DNA of 64,000 nucleotides, taken from positions 192,001-256,000 of the forward strand of contig CAWCXJ010000008.1 of the NCBI GenBank assembly GCA_963799485.1, written 5' to 3'. How positions within the stretch are numbered: position 1 is the stretch's first letter; every line of letters starts with the position of its first letter. This DNA is from an uncultured Trueperaceae bacterium (GTDB taxonomy: Bacteria; Deinococcota; Deinococci; Deinococcales; Trueperaceae). Of the stretch, positions 9,698-19,712 are shown one piece after another. Position numbers and translations under genes: made by a program. The notes beneath the pieces were generated by a model, which was not told the origin of the DNA, did not search any database, and worked only from the letters and a program-made list of their open reading frames with translations.

Positions 9698-10799
9698 CAC
9701 TGTAGCGTCCGCTCGGCAAGGTTTGAATCGTACCTTGAAGTTCTAAAGTCATCAGGGTTGGCAACAGTTCGGGCGCACTTTTTCCGGTAGCGACAATCAG
9801 CTCATCTAACAGCGGTTCACCCCGGCTCCGAATCAGCGCCGTAAGTTCACCTAAAAATCCGGGCAGTTCAGGTTTGGGTTTTGCGGGGGTGCGTGCGTGC
9901 TGCCAACCGAACTCGCTGCGAATGTCGTCGGCACTCTGCGTTAAAACCGCGCCCTGTTTGAGCAAATCCAAGGCACCTTCAGCTCTGGGGTCGCCGAGCC
10001 TGCCGGGAACGGCGAAGACGCTGCGGCCCTCCTCGAGCGCGTACTCTGCCGTAATCAAAGCGCCCGATTTTCTGCCGCCTTCGACGACTAAAACACCTTT
10101 GGAAAGCCCGCTGATAATCCGGTTGCGTCCGGGGAAATATTCGGCTCTCGGCGACGTGCCGAGGCGGTATTCGCTCACAATCGCGCCGCGACCTTCTAAA
10201 ATGCGCTCAGCCAGGCGGCGGTTGCCACCGGGATAGATGATATCGACGCTCGAGCCCAACACCGCCACCGTCTGCCCGCCTGGTGTAGCCAACGCACCTT
10301 CGTGCGCGGCGGTATCGACCCCGAGTGCCAGACCTGAAACGATGGCGACGTTTGTTTCCGCCAGCTCTTGCGAAAAACGGCGGCTCAGCTCGAGCCCGTA
10401 GTGACTCGCGTTCCGCGTCCCGACGACGCCCAAGCTCCGCAGTTCGGTCAGCTCGCCGTGTACCGTTTCGGGTAGTGTCCCGCGCACATAGAGTACCGGC
10501 GGCGGGTCGTAAATCCGCGCCAGGGCTGCCGGGTATTCGGAGGTGCCGAGCGCTAAAAGCGTGACGTTGAGACGTTGGACCCGGGCCATTTCCGCGTCGG
10601 CCTTGGTTTGGGCGACGCCTCGAGCCGCTACAATAGCCTCGGCAAGCTTGCGTCCGATGCCTTCGACCTGCGTAAGTTCTGCCGCGCCCAAATCTGTGTC
10701 TGCGCCAACCCCGAAATGTTCGACCAAAGCCTTGATTTTGCGCGGCCCCAAACCGGGGGTGAACGAAAAGGTCAGCAGGGCGTGAAGCGCGGGGTTCAT
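9687..10799 (-). CDS. dprA: DNA-processing protein DprA
   Basis: VVGTR, VSGLALGVD, FPGRNRIISGLS, SGALITA. Confidence 0.93.
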   Translation of the reverse strand: MNPALHALLTFSFTPGLGPRKIKALVEHFGVGADTDLGAAELTQVEGIGRKLAEAIVAARGVAQTKADAEMARVQRLNVTLLALGTSEYPAALARIYDPPPVLYVRGTLPETVHGELTELRSLGVVGTRNASHYGLELSRRFSQELAETNVAIVSGLALGVDTAAHEGALATPGGQTVAVLGSSVDIIYPGGNRRLAERILEGRGAIVSEYRLGTSPRAEYFPGRNRIISGLSKGVLVVEGGRKSGALITAEYALEEGRSVFAVPGRLGDPRAEGALDLLKQGAVLTQSADDIRSEFGWQHARTPAKPKPELPGFLGELTALIRSRGEPLLDELIVATGKSAPELLPTLMTLELQGTIQTLPSGRYSANL

Positions 10800-10843
10800 G
10801 TAGGGCAATCGTAACAGGCGCGGGCGGCGCTGCCGATGAAGTT

Positions 10844-11326
10844 TTACGCGCCTTGGTCGGCAGGGCCGGGTTGGCCTGCGCCGGTTCGACCTGCGCGCAC
10901 CTCAGCGCGAAAAAAGTTTTCTGCCGCTACCGGAGAACCTGCAGCCCGCCGCAGCAGAGCGAGCTGCCCGATGTGCGTCATAGCGTCGGACAACGGGCCT
11001 TGTACAAGGCGTACCAGAAGTTCAGCATCTTGTGATTTGGACAGTTCATGCTCGAGCGCCTCGAGCATTTCATAAAACCGTGCAGTTTCGCCCTCCCAAC
11101 TCAGGTCTTGAAGCGTACCCCGGTGCGCCGCGTCACCTGTTTGCACAACTTTCAGGCCGTAGTGCAAAACCCCGCTCATGTGCCGGACGAGCCGCTGCGG
11201 TGTACGCACCCCAAACCCGAGTTCAAACGAGGCGAAGTCTGGAGGCGCGCCTTCCAGAGTCTTTTGTAAGCGGTACGCCAGCGTTGCCAGCAGGTGACGG
11301 ATAAAAAAAGTGTCGGGTGGATTCAT
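10844..11326 (-). CDS. DinB/YfiT-like four-helix protein
   Basis: TPQRLVRHM and DAMTHIGQLALLRR. Confidence 0.65.
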   Translation of the reverse strand: MNPPDTFFIRHLLATLAYRLQKTLEGAPPDFASFELGFGVRTPQRLVRHMSGVLHYGLKVVQTGDAAHRGTLQDLSWEGETARFYEMLEALEHELSKSQDAELLVRLVQGPLSDAMTHIGQLALLRRAAGSPVAAENFFRAEVRAGRTGAGQPGPADQGA

Positions 11327-11513
11327 GGTGTCTACGCTACACCGTCGCTTTAGGCCGCGCTCGGTTTACCGCAGTGCAAAGCCCCCGCAAAGCCCCCGAC
11401 GCACGGCTCGAGGCTCGAAAAAAGGTCTCAGAACTATCGGTCGGCAACTGTTAGAAGGTGGAACATCGGGGCTCGAGCCGTCGGTAAAAATTGCCGCTGG
11501 CACGGTGCGCATC

Positions 11514-12947
11514 TCAAACCCGCTCTTTGGGCGCGCCGCGTTTCCACCGCACCCCGCCCGGCGCGTCCTCCAACACCAGCCCCAGCTCTGCCAAACGGTC
11601 ACGAATCGCGTCGGAGGTGGCAAAGTCGCGGCGCGTCCGGGCTTCCTGCCGCTGTTCACTGACGAGCTGGACAAGTCCGTCCAAGAGGGCCGTATCATCC
11701 TGCACGTTTTCCTGAACCCCGAGAATGCCGAGTACGTCCCCGGCGAGGTCGTCGAAAAAGGCTTTGGCTGCTGCTATGTACGCGGCGTCCGCGCGGCCTA
11801 GTTTGGCGTTGACATGGCGGCTTACGTCGAATAGTACGGCAATGGCCTGCGGCGTATTGAAATCGTCGTTCATCGCCGCCGTAAAACGCTCGCGGTAGGC
11901 CGTAAAAGGGTCGTTTTGCGGCGTCGCCTCACCCTCCACGCGGCGCGAAAGTTCTGCGTAAGTTTCTTGCAACCGTTTAAGCCCTTGTTTGGAGGCGTAC
12001 ACGCTTTCGTCCGAAAAGTCGCTGACGCTGCGGTAGTGCGCGCCCAAAAGGTGAAAGCGGAGCGCCGTCCCACCGTGTTCGGCAAGGAGTTCGGCAAGGG
12101 CCAAGGCACCTTTGGACTTCGCCATCTTCTCACCGCCGAAAGTCAAAAAGTTCCAGTGGAGCCAGTACCGCGCGAACGGTTTGCCTGCACCTTTCGCCTG
12201 GGCAATCTCGCACTCGTGGTGCGGGAAAATCAGGTCGAGGCCGCCGCCGTGAATGTCGAAGGTGTCGCCCAGATATTTGGTACTCATCACCGAGCACTCG
12301 AGGTGCCAGCCCGGATAGCCTTCACCCCAAGGCGAAGGCCAGTGCATCAGGTGGCCCTTTTCGGCGGCTTTCCACAAGGCGAAGTCGCGCGGGTCGTCTT
12401 TGTCGCTCCTAACCTCTACGCGCGTACCCTCTTGCTGGTCGTCGGCGTTGCGGCCCGAAAGCTCGCCGTAGTCGTCCCACGCCGATACGTCGAAATAGAC
12501 GTTGCCGCCGCGTTCATAGGCCAGGCCGCGTTCCAGTAGCGTTTGCGTCATCTCAATCTGTTCGGTGATGTGCCCGGAAGCGCGCGGGATGATGTCGGGG
12601 CGGCGCACACCGAGTTGCGCCATCGCATCGAAATACCGCCAAAAGTACTTTTCGGCAATTTCCATGGGCTCGAGCTGCTCCAAGCGCGCCCGTTTGACGA
12701 GTTTATCCTCACCCTCGTCGGCGTCGTCGGTTAAGTGCCCGACGTCGGTAACATTGGAAACGAAACGCACCCGGTAGCCTTCATGCGTAAACCAGCGGCG
12801 CACCACGTCGAAAAATACCGGGCCGCGGGCATTACCGATGTGCGGTTCACTGTAGACAGTCGGGCCGCAGACGTAAATCCCGACGTGGTTCGGGACGAGC
12901 GGCGTAAAGGTTTCTTTTTGACGGGTCAGGGTGTTGTAGAGCTGCAT
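11514..12947 (-). CDS. cysS: Cysteine--tRNA ligase
   Basis: [36 protein letters not shown]. Confidence 0.97.
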   Translation of the reverse strand: MQLYNTLTRQKETFTPLVPNHVGIYVCGPTVYSEPHIGNARGPVFFDVVRRWFTHEGYRVRFVSNVTDVGHLTDDADEGEDKLVKRARLEQLEPMEIAEKYFWRYFDAMAQLGVRRPDIIPRASGHITEQIEMTQTLLERGLAYERGGNVYFDVSAWDDYGELSGRNADDQQEGTRVEVRSDKDDPRDFALWKAAEKGHLMHWPSPWGEGYPGWHLECSVMSTKYLGDTFDIHGGGLDLIFPHHECEIAQAKGAGKPFARYWLHWNFLTFGGEKMAKSKGALALAELLAEHGGTALRFHLLGAHYRSVSDFSDESVYASKQGLKRLQETYAELSRRVEGEATPQNDPFTAYRERFTAAMNDDFNTPQAIAVLFDVSRHVNAKLGRADAAYIAAAKAFFDDLAGDVLGILGVQENVQDDTALLDGLVQLVSEQRQEARTRRDFATSDAIRDRLAELGLVLEDAPGGVRWKRGAPKERV

Positions 12948-12993
12948 GGGGTCTCCTTGGGGCAGATGTGGGGGCTAGGGTCGGCTTAAAACG

Positions 12994-13032
12994 CTAGCAA
13001 CATCGTGGGGTAGTAAAGGAGAACTTACTCAT
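12994..13032 (-). CDS. Putative cysS leader peptide MSKFSFTTPRCC
   Basis: ATG 6 nt after an extended -10 (TGC-TAAACT); ends TGT TGC TAG; contains TCTCCTT, complementary to the cysS SD AAGGAGA. Confidence 0.75.
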   Translation of the reverse strand: MSKFSFTTPRCC

Positions 13033-13038
13033 GCTTAA

Positions 13039-13047
13039 AGTTTAGCA
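13039..13047 (-). promoter_or_regulatory. Extended -10 promoter of the cysS leader (leaderless)
   Basis: TGCTAAACT-N6-ATG. Confidence 0.65.
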
Positions 13048-13141
13048 TGGCGTCTGTTCTGACCGAGAAGCCAAGTAGACACAGCGATATTCGCGTACCT
13101 ATTTATCCTCTTGATTTGAAAAGGCTGTAACGATAAGCTGT

Positions 13142-13581
13142 TCAACCTCCCCTGACGAACGTTGTGTTGTATCGGTGGACGCTCAACTTGCTCTGAACAG
13201 ATGGATGGTCGATGATGCCCTTATAGACGCCGTAATTTCTGTAGACACGCTCTTTGTCTAACGAGTTGTCCCGCCGACGTTTGCGTTTGACAAGCTCGGG
13301 GAGCATTGCGTGAAGTTCGGTGATGACAAAGCCTTGCCCGTAAAAAGCCGTGATTTCTTCTCTGGTAAGATAAGAAGTGACAAAGAGGATGGAATCGGCG
13401 TCTGTTTCGAGAAAATTTTTCACGATGCGTTCAAATAAAGCTTGATAACCTCTTCGCTTTCGGGCCAGATGCCGCCGTTTAATCTCTGTGTTTCGTCATC
13501 TATCTCGAACACCTCGAGCCCTGAACGCGGCGCAACCGTCGATTTGCCCACACCGGAGAGTCCCAAGAGTAGAGGCTTCAT
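13142..13581 (-). pseudogene. Frameshifted small P-loop (nucleotide-kinase-like) protein
   Basis: ATG 13581 reads MKPLLLGLSGVGKST (Walker A) and stops near 13420; adding one T at about 13438 joins it to ORF 13142-13423. Confidence 0.55.
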
Positions 13582-13689
13582 AAGTCATCTTTTCACAAAT
13601 TATGAGGCCCGGTGCGTTACCAAAATATTAAGCTGGGGATATACCTTGCTTGAGGGCTGACCAAACTCGTGAGCGCGAAGAGGTGATTA

Positions 13690-13935
13690 AGGGCTCGAGC
13701 GTCCGAGGCCAGCGGACGGCTGCGCCCGCACCCGCGTTGGTCGAAGACGGCGTGGTACGTCTCCGGGTCGAAATTACGGCGTGCGCCGGGGGTAGAGCCG
13801 CTACCGGGGCCGCCGTGCAGGTAGACCGCCGGGATACCCGCAGGCGTGCCCACCTCTTCGTAGTACAGCGTATGAGCGTTCCCGACCTCGAGCATTCCGG
13901 AGTAAGGTTCTATTGCCGGATGGCTATGGGTCACT
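13690..13935 (-). pseudogene. Truncated proline iminopeptidase (N-terminal fragment)
   Basis: HTLYYEEVG, LHGGPGSG, FDQRGCGRSRP present; the catalytic GxSxG and the rest are absent. Confidence 0.75.
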
Positions 13936-13976
13936 GCAGCACCAGATATATTGCAGCACCAGATATTCCTGGCAAA

Positions 13977-14005
13977 CAAAAAAAGAGCCCCCGAGGACTC
14001 TTTTA
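13977..14005 (-). terminator. Intrinsic terminator of rpmB
   Basis: AAAAGAG...CTCTTTT hairpin with a T-run on the minus strand, just after the rpmB stop. Confidence 0.65.
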
Positions 14006-14021
14006 CGACTTGCAAGCCGGT

Positions 14022-14249
14022 TTACGCGCTGAGCGTCCGGCCTGAGCGGATGCACGAGGTGCAAACGCGCGCGGCGTGGGCGTGACCGCCACGAAAGACC
14101 TTGACGCGTTGCAGGTTCGGGAACTTCCAGGTTTTGGTGATGCCGGTGGTTTTTTTACCGACGCCGCCCTCACGCTTGGCTTTACCGCTCTGCACGACCT
14201 TGTTGCCGACGATGGGTTTTTTCCCACAGATTGCACATACTTTTGCCAT
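14022..14249 (-). CDS. rpmB: 50S ribosomal protein L28 (Zn-binding form)
   Basis: [10 protein letters not shown]...PNLQ...VCTSC; SD GAGGTGA. Confidence 0.93.
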   Translation of the reverse strand: MAKVCAICGKKPIVGNKVVQSGKAKREGGVGKKTTGITKTWKFPNLQRVKVFRGGHAHAARVCTSCIRSGRTLSA

Positions 14250-14311
14250 AGTCACCTCTCGCTCGAGACTCGTCTTTTTGCTCGAGCCAAAACCTTACAA
14301 GTCTAGCACAG

Positions 14312-15406
14312 CTAGACCTTGTGAAGCAAATAAACCCGTGGGTAGTGTCCGCCGTGAAAGACCTTGAAGGATGTTCTAAGCTGCCAGAGCGTCTGGTTTT
14401 GTAAAAGGTGCTCGAGCAGCCTGACTTCGTGCGTAAGTAGCACAAACCGCGCGCCCGGCGCAGCGACGCGCGCGCACTCGCTCAGCAGAGCCGGATAGAG
14501 CGCCGCGTTTTCCTTGTGCGTCCCTACGGCGTCTCCCCACGGCGGGTCGCTCACGATGACGTCGACGCTGCCCTCAGCGAGCCCGGTCGCGGTCGCGTCG
14601 GCCTCGAACAGTTCTGCCGTAAACCCTGCCGCCGCGACGTTTTGCGCGCTGCACGCAAGCGCTGCCGGATTCTGGTCGCACCCCGTAAACTGTAACGAAC
14701 TGTTTTGGAGTCCTGCTTCGGCAAGCAGCGTGCCGCTCCCGCACATCGGGTTGAACACGCGTTCACCGGGTTTTATCTCGGCAAGTCCGACCATGACTGC
14801 CGCGAGCGCCGCGTTGAGGCCGCCCGGCAGATTGCAAACGCGCCATGCTCTGGCAGAAAGGGGCCGAGGTGTCAGGCGTAAAAGGACTTCCCAACCGTTT
14901 TTGGGTGAGCGTCTTACCCGCATAAGCAGGTCGCCCTCGGCGTCTTGAACCATTCCGGTCGTTTGGGCTAGCTGTTCGCCCAAACGCCTAAACACCGCCG
15001 AGTCGTCTCCGGCGGCGCTCAGGCGAAACCCCGTAAACCTCGCCTGCGCCGTTCGGTCTTTGATTTCTCTGATGAGCCGCGAGAGATGCTCATGCCCGAG
15101 TAGCGCTTTGGGGCGCGGCACCGCAAACGTCAAAAGCCGGTACACCGAGACGACCGTCCGCAAGTTTGAAAGTTTTACGGCGTCACCGACGTAGCGAAAG
15201 GCGACTGCACCCGGTTTTTCTCTGACCTGCTGCACGCCCTTGACGCCTTTAAGTTCGGCTAGGGCAAAGGGCTCGAGCCCCGGCAATACCTCGGCCTCGA
15301 AGTCTGTTTCTTTAGGCTTGACACCTTCAGAAGGGGCGGTTCGCGGGGCCGCCTCTGGCTTGTAAGGGCGTTTGGGTCGGTGGGCTGGACGTCGTTTGGG
15401 CGGCAC
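14312..15406 (-). CDS. SAM-dependent RNA methyltransferase (UPF0020/THUMP-like)
   Basis: NPMCGSGT and SDPPWG; start set at GTG 15406, 7 nt after TAGAGT. Confidence 0.75.
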   Translation of the reverse strand: MPPKRRPAHRPKRPYKPEAAPRTAPSEGVKPKETDFEAEVLPGLEPFALAELKGVKGVQQVREKPGAVAFRYVGDAVKLSNLRTVVSVYRLLTFAVPRPKALLGHEHLSRLIREIKDRTAQARFTGFRLSAAGDDSAVFRRLGEQLAQTTGMVQDAEGDLLMRVRRSPKNGWEVLLRLTPRPLSARAWRVCNLPGGLNAALAAVMVGLAEIKPGERVFNPMCGSGTLLAEAGLQNSSLQFTGCDQNPAALACSAQNVAAAGFTAELFEADATATGLAEGSVDVIVSDPPWGDAVGTHKENAALYPALLSECARVAAPGARFVLLTHEVRLLEHLLQNQTLWQLRTSFKVFHGGHYPRVYLLHKV

Positions 15407-15460
15407 GTTCTCCACTCTACCGGACAGAGCCGCGCGTCGCGTCCCGGTAAGCTTAAAAAG

Positions 15461-16567
15461 ATGCCGCGCTCGCTCTACCTGCACGTTCCGTTTTGCCCTC
15501 ATATCTGCCCTTACTGCGACTTTCACAAGATGCGGCGGAAGCGCGGGCTGGTCGCGGCGTACCTCAAACGTTTGCGTGAAGAGGCCCAGGCGCTGCACGC
15601 CGAGTTTCCCGGCACGCTGGACACGGTTTATTTCGGTGGTGGCACGCCGTCGCACCTTCAAGATGATGAGCTGGCGTTTGTAGTCGAGACTTTACGGCAA
15701 ACGTGGGGTTTTCCGGGCGCGCAAGAGACGACGCTCGAGGCCGACCCCCTCACCTTCGACGAGGCGCGTTTGAAAATGTTCAAGGCGCTTGGGTTTGACC
15801 GGCTTTCTATCGGTTTGCAATCGACCCAGGATGAAGTCTTGAGATTTCTGGGACGGCAACACACCGGGCGTGAAGGCTTGGCTGCCGTCGAAATGGCGTT
15901 AGCCGCCGGGTTTACGGTCTCCGCCGACCTGATTACGGCGGTTCCGGGTCAAGACGCGGCGCGCGACCTGCATACACTCGCGCAGACCGGTGTGTCGCAT
16001 GTCAGCGTCTACAACCTGACGATTGAGCCCGATACGCCCTTTGCGCGGCGCGGCGTCCGGGTGGACGAAGACAAAGAGGCCGACGACTACGCGCTTGCCG
16101 ACCGAATCTTGTCGGGTTACGGGCTGGCACGCTACGAGGTCTCGAGCCACGCCCAGCCCGGTTTTGAGGCGAAGCACAACAGCGTCTACTGGTCGGGCGA
16201 ACATTTTCTGGCGCTGGGGCCGTCGGCGGCGAGCTTTGTCCCGTCACGGAGAGATACCCTGCGTCTGGTCGGCGAACGCCGCACGAACCCGCCGATCAAG
16301 GGTTGGCTGGCGGGGGAGAAGCCCGACGTGCTGCCCGTAAACCCTGAAGCGTTTGTTCAAGACGTATTGATGACCGGACTCAGAACGCGGCGCGGGGTCG
16401 ATTTGGTGCGTTTGGGTGAACGCGCCGGGTTCGATGTCAAAGCGCATTACAGCGACGTTTTGATTTCTTTAGAAGACGCCGGCTTGACCGAATACTGTGG
16501 CTTTTACTTGCGCGTAACCCCTGCCGGACTGCTACAACTCAACCGGGTTACAGCGGCGTTTTTCTAG
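15461..16567 (+). CDS. hemW: Radical SAM heme chaperone HemW
   Basis: YLHVPFCPHICPYCDF, FGGGTPS, YEVSS, HNSVYW. Confidence 0.88.
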   Translation: MPRSLYLHVPFCPHICPYCDFHKMRRKRGLVAAYLKRLREEAQALHAEFPGTLDTVYFGGGTPSHLQDDELAFVVETLRQTWGFPGAQETTLEADPLTFDEARLKMFKALGFDRLSIGLQSTQDEVLRFLGRQHTGREGLAAVEMALAAGFTVSADLITAVPGQDAARDLHTLAQTGVSHVSVYNLTIEPDTPFARRGVRVDEDKEADDYALADRILSGYGLARYEVSSHAQPGFEAKHNSVYWSGEHFLALGPSAASFVPSRRDTLRLVGERRTNPPIKGWLAGEKPDVLPVNPEAFVQDVLMTGLRTRRGVDLVRLGERAGFDVKAHYSDVLISLEDAGLTEYCGFYLRVTPAGLLQLNRVTAAFF

Positions 16568-16923
16568 GGCTCGAGCAAACCTCACGCCAGCACAAACAGG
16601 GCGGGGGCGAACACGCCGATAAAAACGCCTTTAACCCATTTCAGCAACATCTGTAATCGCCCTTGCGGTTTTACGTTCGTATTCGACTTCGTGCTGCTAC
16701 GGTTCGTAACGCACTGTACCGCTAAATGTTTACGGCTAAACAAGTACACTCACAGCACAGTACCCGTTCGTGGAACTCCGGTACTGTAAGGGTGACAGGC
16801 GTGTTCAGCCGACCTCTGTGACAACAGAATGACAGGTAATGCGGGCAAACGCTGAAAAATACCAAGAACTTTGAAAGGCTACTTTGTGTACCGATTCCAC
16901 CAACTTGTACAGGTCTCGCGTTA

Positions 16924-17823
16924 GTGGCAGACGAACTCGAGCAAGCACCGCAAACCCCAACTGAAGCCATGCCCGACGCGCCCGACGAGGGCAGCGCGGT
17001 CGAAGACTTTTTTAGTACCGACGACATCTTCCGGCGGGTGCTGGCAACGGCGGCGCACGAGCTCGAGCGCCCGACGAGCACCTTCATCTGGGGCGCACTC
17101 GCCGCCGGACTTATTCTGGGCTTTTCGTTTTTAGCGCGCGCCGTCGTTACTGCCGCCGTACCGGGGCAGCCTTCCCTGGTAGGCGACTTGCTCTATCCCG
17201 TCGGTTTTATCTTTGTGATTTTGGGCCGTTATCCGCTCTATACCGAAAATACCCTAACCCCGATGACGCTCGCCTTGACCCGTTTCGCCAGCTTGCGCGA
17301 TCTGCTGCGCATCTGGGGTTTTTCGTACCTGCCCAACCTCGTCGGCGCGGGAGTGTTCGCGCTGCTGTTGGCAGCTACCGGGATCATGCGCCCGGATACT
17401 GCCGAGGTCGCTTACAGCATGGGTGAACACCTGCTAGAAGCACCCTGGGCCGACGCTTTTTTCCGTGCGCTGCTGGCGGGTTGGCTCTTGGCCGGACTTG
17501 TCTGGTTGGTGCACGCGGCGCGCGACACGGTGTCGCGGCTGCTTCTGGTCTGGCTGGTAATCTACCTGCAGGTCTCCGCTGAGCTCTACCACTGCATCGT
17601 CGGGTCGGTCGAGGTGCTTTACGTGGTTTTTCGTGGCGATGCGAGTTTCTGGGCCTATCTGAGCGACTTTCTCGTCCCGGTCACGCTCGGTAACACCGTC
17701 GGCGGGGTGGTGTTCGTTGCGGTCTTGAACTGGGCGCAGTTTAGCCCGGACAAAGGGCACGGTCAAAGGTTCGGGCCGAAACTGTCGTGGCGGGAGTGGC
17801 TGGTGGGGCGTAAAGAGCGTTGA
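16924..17823 (+). CDS. Formate/nitrite transporter family (YfdC-like)
   Basis: YPVGF, LYTENT, HCIVGS, LGNTVGG. Confidence 0.85.
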   Translation: MADELEQAPQTPTEAMPDAPDEGSAVEDFFSTDDIFRRVLATAAHELERPTSTFIWGALAAGLILGFSFLARAVVTAAVPGQPSLVGDLLYPVGFIFVILGRYPLYTENTLTPMTLALTRFASLRDLLRIWGFSYLPNLVGAGVFALLLAATGIMRPDTAEVAYSMGEHLLEAPWADAFFRALLAGWLLAGLVWLVHAARDTVSRLLLVWLVIYLQVSAELYHCIVGSVEVLYVVFRGDASFWAYLSDFLVPVTLGNTVGGVVFVAVLNWAQFSPDKGHGQRFGPKLSWREWLVGRKER

Positions 17824-17893
17824 GTCGGGTGCAGCAGGTGGTGGGCTCGCGTAGAAAAAGCAGTTACAGCTGCGGGGGAATAGGGGGAGCTAA

Positions 17894-18424
17894 ATGTTTT
17901 TTGACAACTGGTTTGGACTTTTAAGGGTTCTCGTTATCACCCCACTGGCTTATCTGGCTTTAATCGTTCTTTTACGCGTCTCGGGTAAACGCACTTTATC
18001 GAAGATGAACGCCTTCGACTTTGTTATCACAGTGGCGCTGGGTTCTACCTTCGCCTCGATTATTCTCTCGAGCAACGTGGCGCTGCTAGAAGGCGTAATG
18101 GCGTTTCTGATGCTGATTGTCAGCCAGTTCGTAATTACCTGGTTGTCGGTGCGTTCCCGGACGGTCAAGCGGTTCGTCAAGTCCGAGCCCAGCTTGCTCT
18201 TTCATCAGGGTGAGTTTTTAGACCGGGCGATGAAATACGAGCGTGTTACCCGCGAAGAAGTACTCGCCGCCGTGCGCGAAAAAGGTCAAGTAGCTTTGGG
18301 GGAGGTCGGTGCGGTGGTTTTGGAAACCGACGGCACCTTTAGCATCCTCTCGCGCGCCTCTGCCGAACAACGCTCGACCTTGCAAGATGTACGCGACATT
18401 TCCGGGAGGCTGGAACACAGCTAA
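17894..18424 (+). CDS. DUF421 (YetF-like) membrane protein
   Basis: GKRTLSKMNAFDF and LETDGTFS. Confidence 0.85.
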   Translation: MFFDNWFGLLRVLVITPLAYLALIVLLRVSGKRTLSKMNAFDFVITVALGSTFASIILSSNVALLEGVMAFLMLIVSQFVITWLSVRSRTVKRFVKSEPSLLFHQGEFLDRAMKYERVTREEVLAAVREKGQVALGEVGAVVLETDGTFSILSRASAEQRSTLQDVRDISGRLEHS

Positions 18425-18429
18425 AGAGC

Positions 18430-19317
18430 CTACAAGCCCAGCAGCTGCGCGAGCCTGACCCACTCGAGGTCGAACACCAGCGTTTTAACCGCGAGCGCCA
18501 CGACGACGACCAGAAATACGCGCCGCACCACCTCGTTGTCGAGCCTTAGGGCCAAGCGCCCGCCGAGCAGCGCCCCGAAAAACATCGCTACGCTAAGCAG
18601 CAGACCGAGCGGCCAGTTGACGAGCCCGGCCCAGATATAAACGACGGTAGCGATGAGCGACGAAAACAGGTTGATGACCTTGGTCGTCGCTACAGCCTGC
18701 AAAAAGGTCATGCCGAACAGCGCGACAAACCCGGTCGTCAGCATCGTCACGTAGCCGCCCGAAAAAAAGCCGCCGTAAACACCCAAAAAAAAGGTCAGCA
18801 GGTAGCCGCCGAGCGCCGCACCCCGCCCGATGTGCGTTTTGGGCGCCACCCCGGCGCGGCGGTTGACGATGACAAACCCTGCTACCGCAAGCATAAAAAA
18901 GGCAATCAGTAGGCCCATCGCTTCAGCCGGGACGAGGGTTACGAGATACGCGCCGACCGCCGACGCAAAAAGCGTCAGGCCGATAAACAGCGGCAGCCGC
19001 GCCCGGTCGAACTGACCCTTGCCGACAAACGGCAACGCCCCGCCGAGACTCATAAAGGTCAGGGCGAGCATGTTCGTCGCCGTAGCGACGCGCGGGTCGA
19101 TACCGAACTGCAGCATCACCGGAATCGTAATCAGCGAATTTGCGCCGGTAACGACGCCGACGATGCTCGTCAGAAAGAAGAGTACGCCGAGCAGCCCAAG
19201 CTCGAGCGGCGACAGGTTAATGGGCTGCCACAGCCTCAAAAGCGTCGAGCTCGAGCCGGTAACGACACTTTTCCCGTTCGCCGCGCCGGTAAAGGTCGCT
19301 GCCGGGCGGTACCGCAA
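18430..19317 (-). CDS. TauE/SafE (TSUP) family transporter; true start probably near 19215
   Basis: About 8 TM segments, ATATN, GVYGGFFSGG. Confidence 0.8.
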   Translation of the reverse strand: MRYRPAATFTGAANGKSVVTGSSSTLLRLWQPINLSPLELGLLGVLFFLTSIVGVVTGANSLITIPVMLQFGIDPRVATATNMLALTFMSLGGALPFVGKGQFDRARLPLFIGLTLFASAVGAYLVTLVPAEAMGLLIAFFMLAVAGFVIVNRRAGVAPKTHIGRGAALGGYLLTFFLGVYGGFFSGGYVTMLTTGFVALFGMTFLQAVATTKVINLFSSLIATVVYIWAGLVNWPLGLLLSVAMFFGALLGGRLALRLDNEVVRRVFLVVVVALAVKTLVFDLEWVRLAQLLGL

Positions 19318-19708
19318 CGATTTCGGCGAGCGTCGCCCCGAGGTATTCGCAGGTCTTACGTGAAGCGATATTGTCGGGGTTGCAGGTAATCCATAAGGGC
19401 TCGAGGCCGTGCTTTTTCGCCAGCGGTAAGAGCAGGCGGCAGGCGCGCGCCGCGTAGTGCCGACCCCGGTACGCGCGCGCCACGCCGTAGCCGATATGCC
19501 CCGCGTAATGGGTGATGTAGTGCGCGTTGCTGAGCCGCAAATCGATGTCGCCCATATATGCGCCCGTTTCGGCGTGGGTCATCGTAAACGCATAATTCGG
19601 AGCCAGCCCGAGCGAGCGGCTCCCCTTATAAGTGCGCTGCAACACAAGCGTCAATTCACCGTCTTGCAACACCCCCGGCTCGTAAAACTGGACGCCCCCG
19701 ACCCGCAT
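19217..19708 (-). CDS. GNAT family acetyltransferase
   Basis: GHIGY, YRGRHYA, ITCNPDNIASRK. Confidence 0.85.
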   Translation of the reverse strand: MRVGGVQFYEPGVLQDGELTLVLQRTYKGSRSLGLAPNYAFTMTHAETGAYMGDIDLRLSNAHYITHYAGHIGYGVARAYRGRHYAARACRLLLPLAKKHGLEPLWITCNPDNIASRKTCEYLGATLAEIVAVPPGSDLYRRGEREKCRYRLELDAFEAVAAH

Positions 19709-19712
19709 GTTT

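Noticed and set aside
12948..13140. T-box riboswitch upstream of cysS
   Set aside because: No GGTGGNACCGCG T-box motif on the minus strand and the leader is too short; the leader peptide fits better.
15407..15661. Long overlap of the methyltransferase and hemW ORFs
   Set aside because: An artefact of longest-ORF starts; -10-adjacent starts at 15406 and 15461 remove the overlap.
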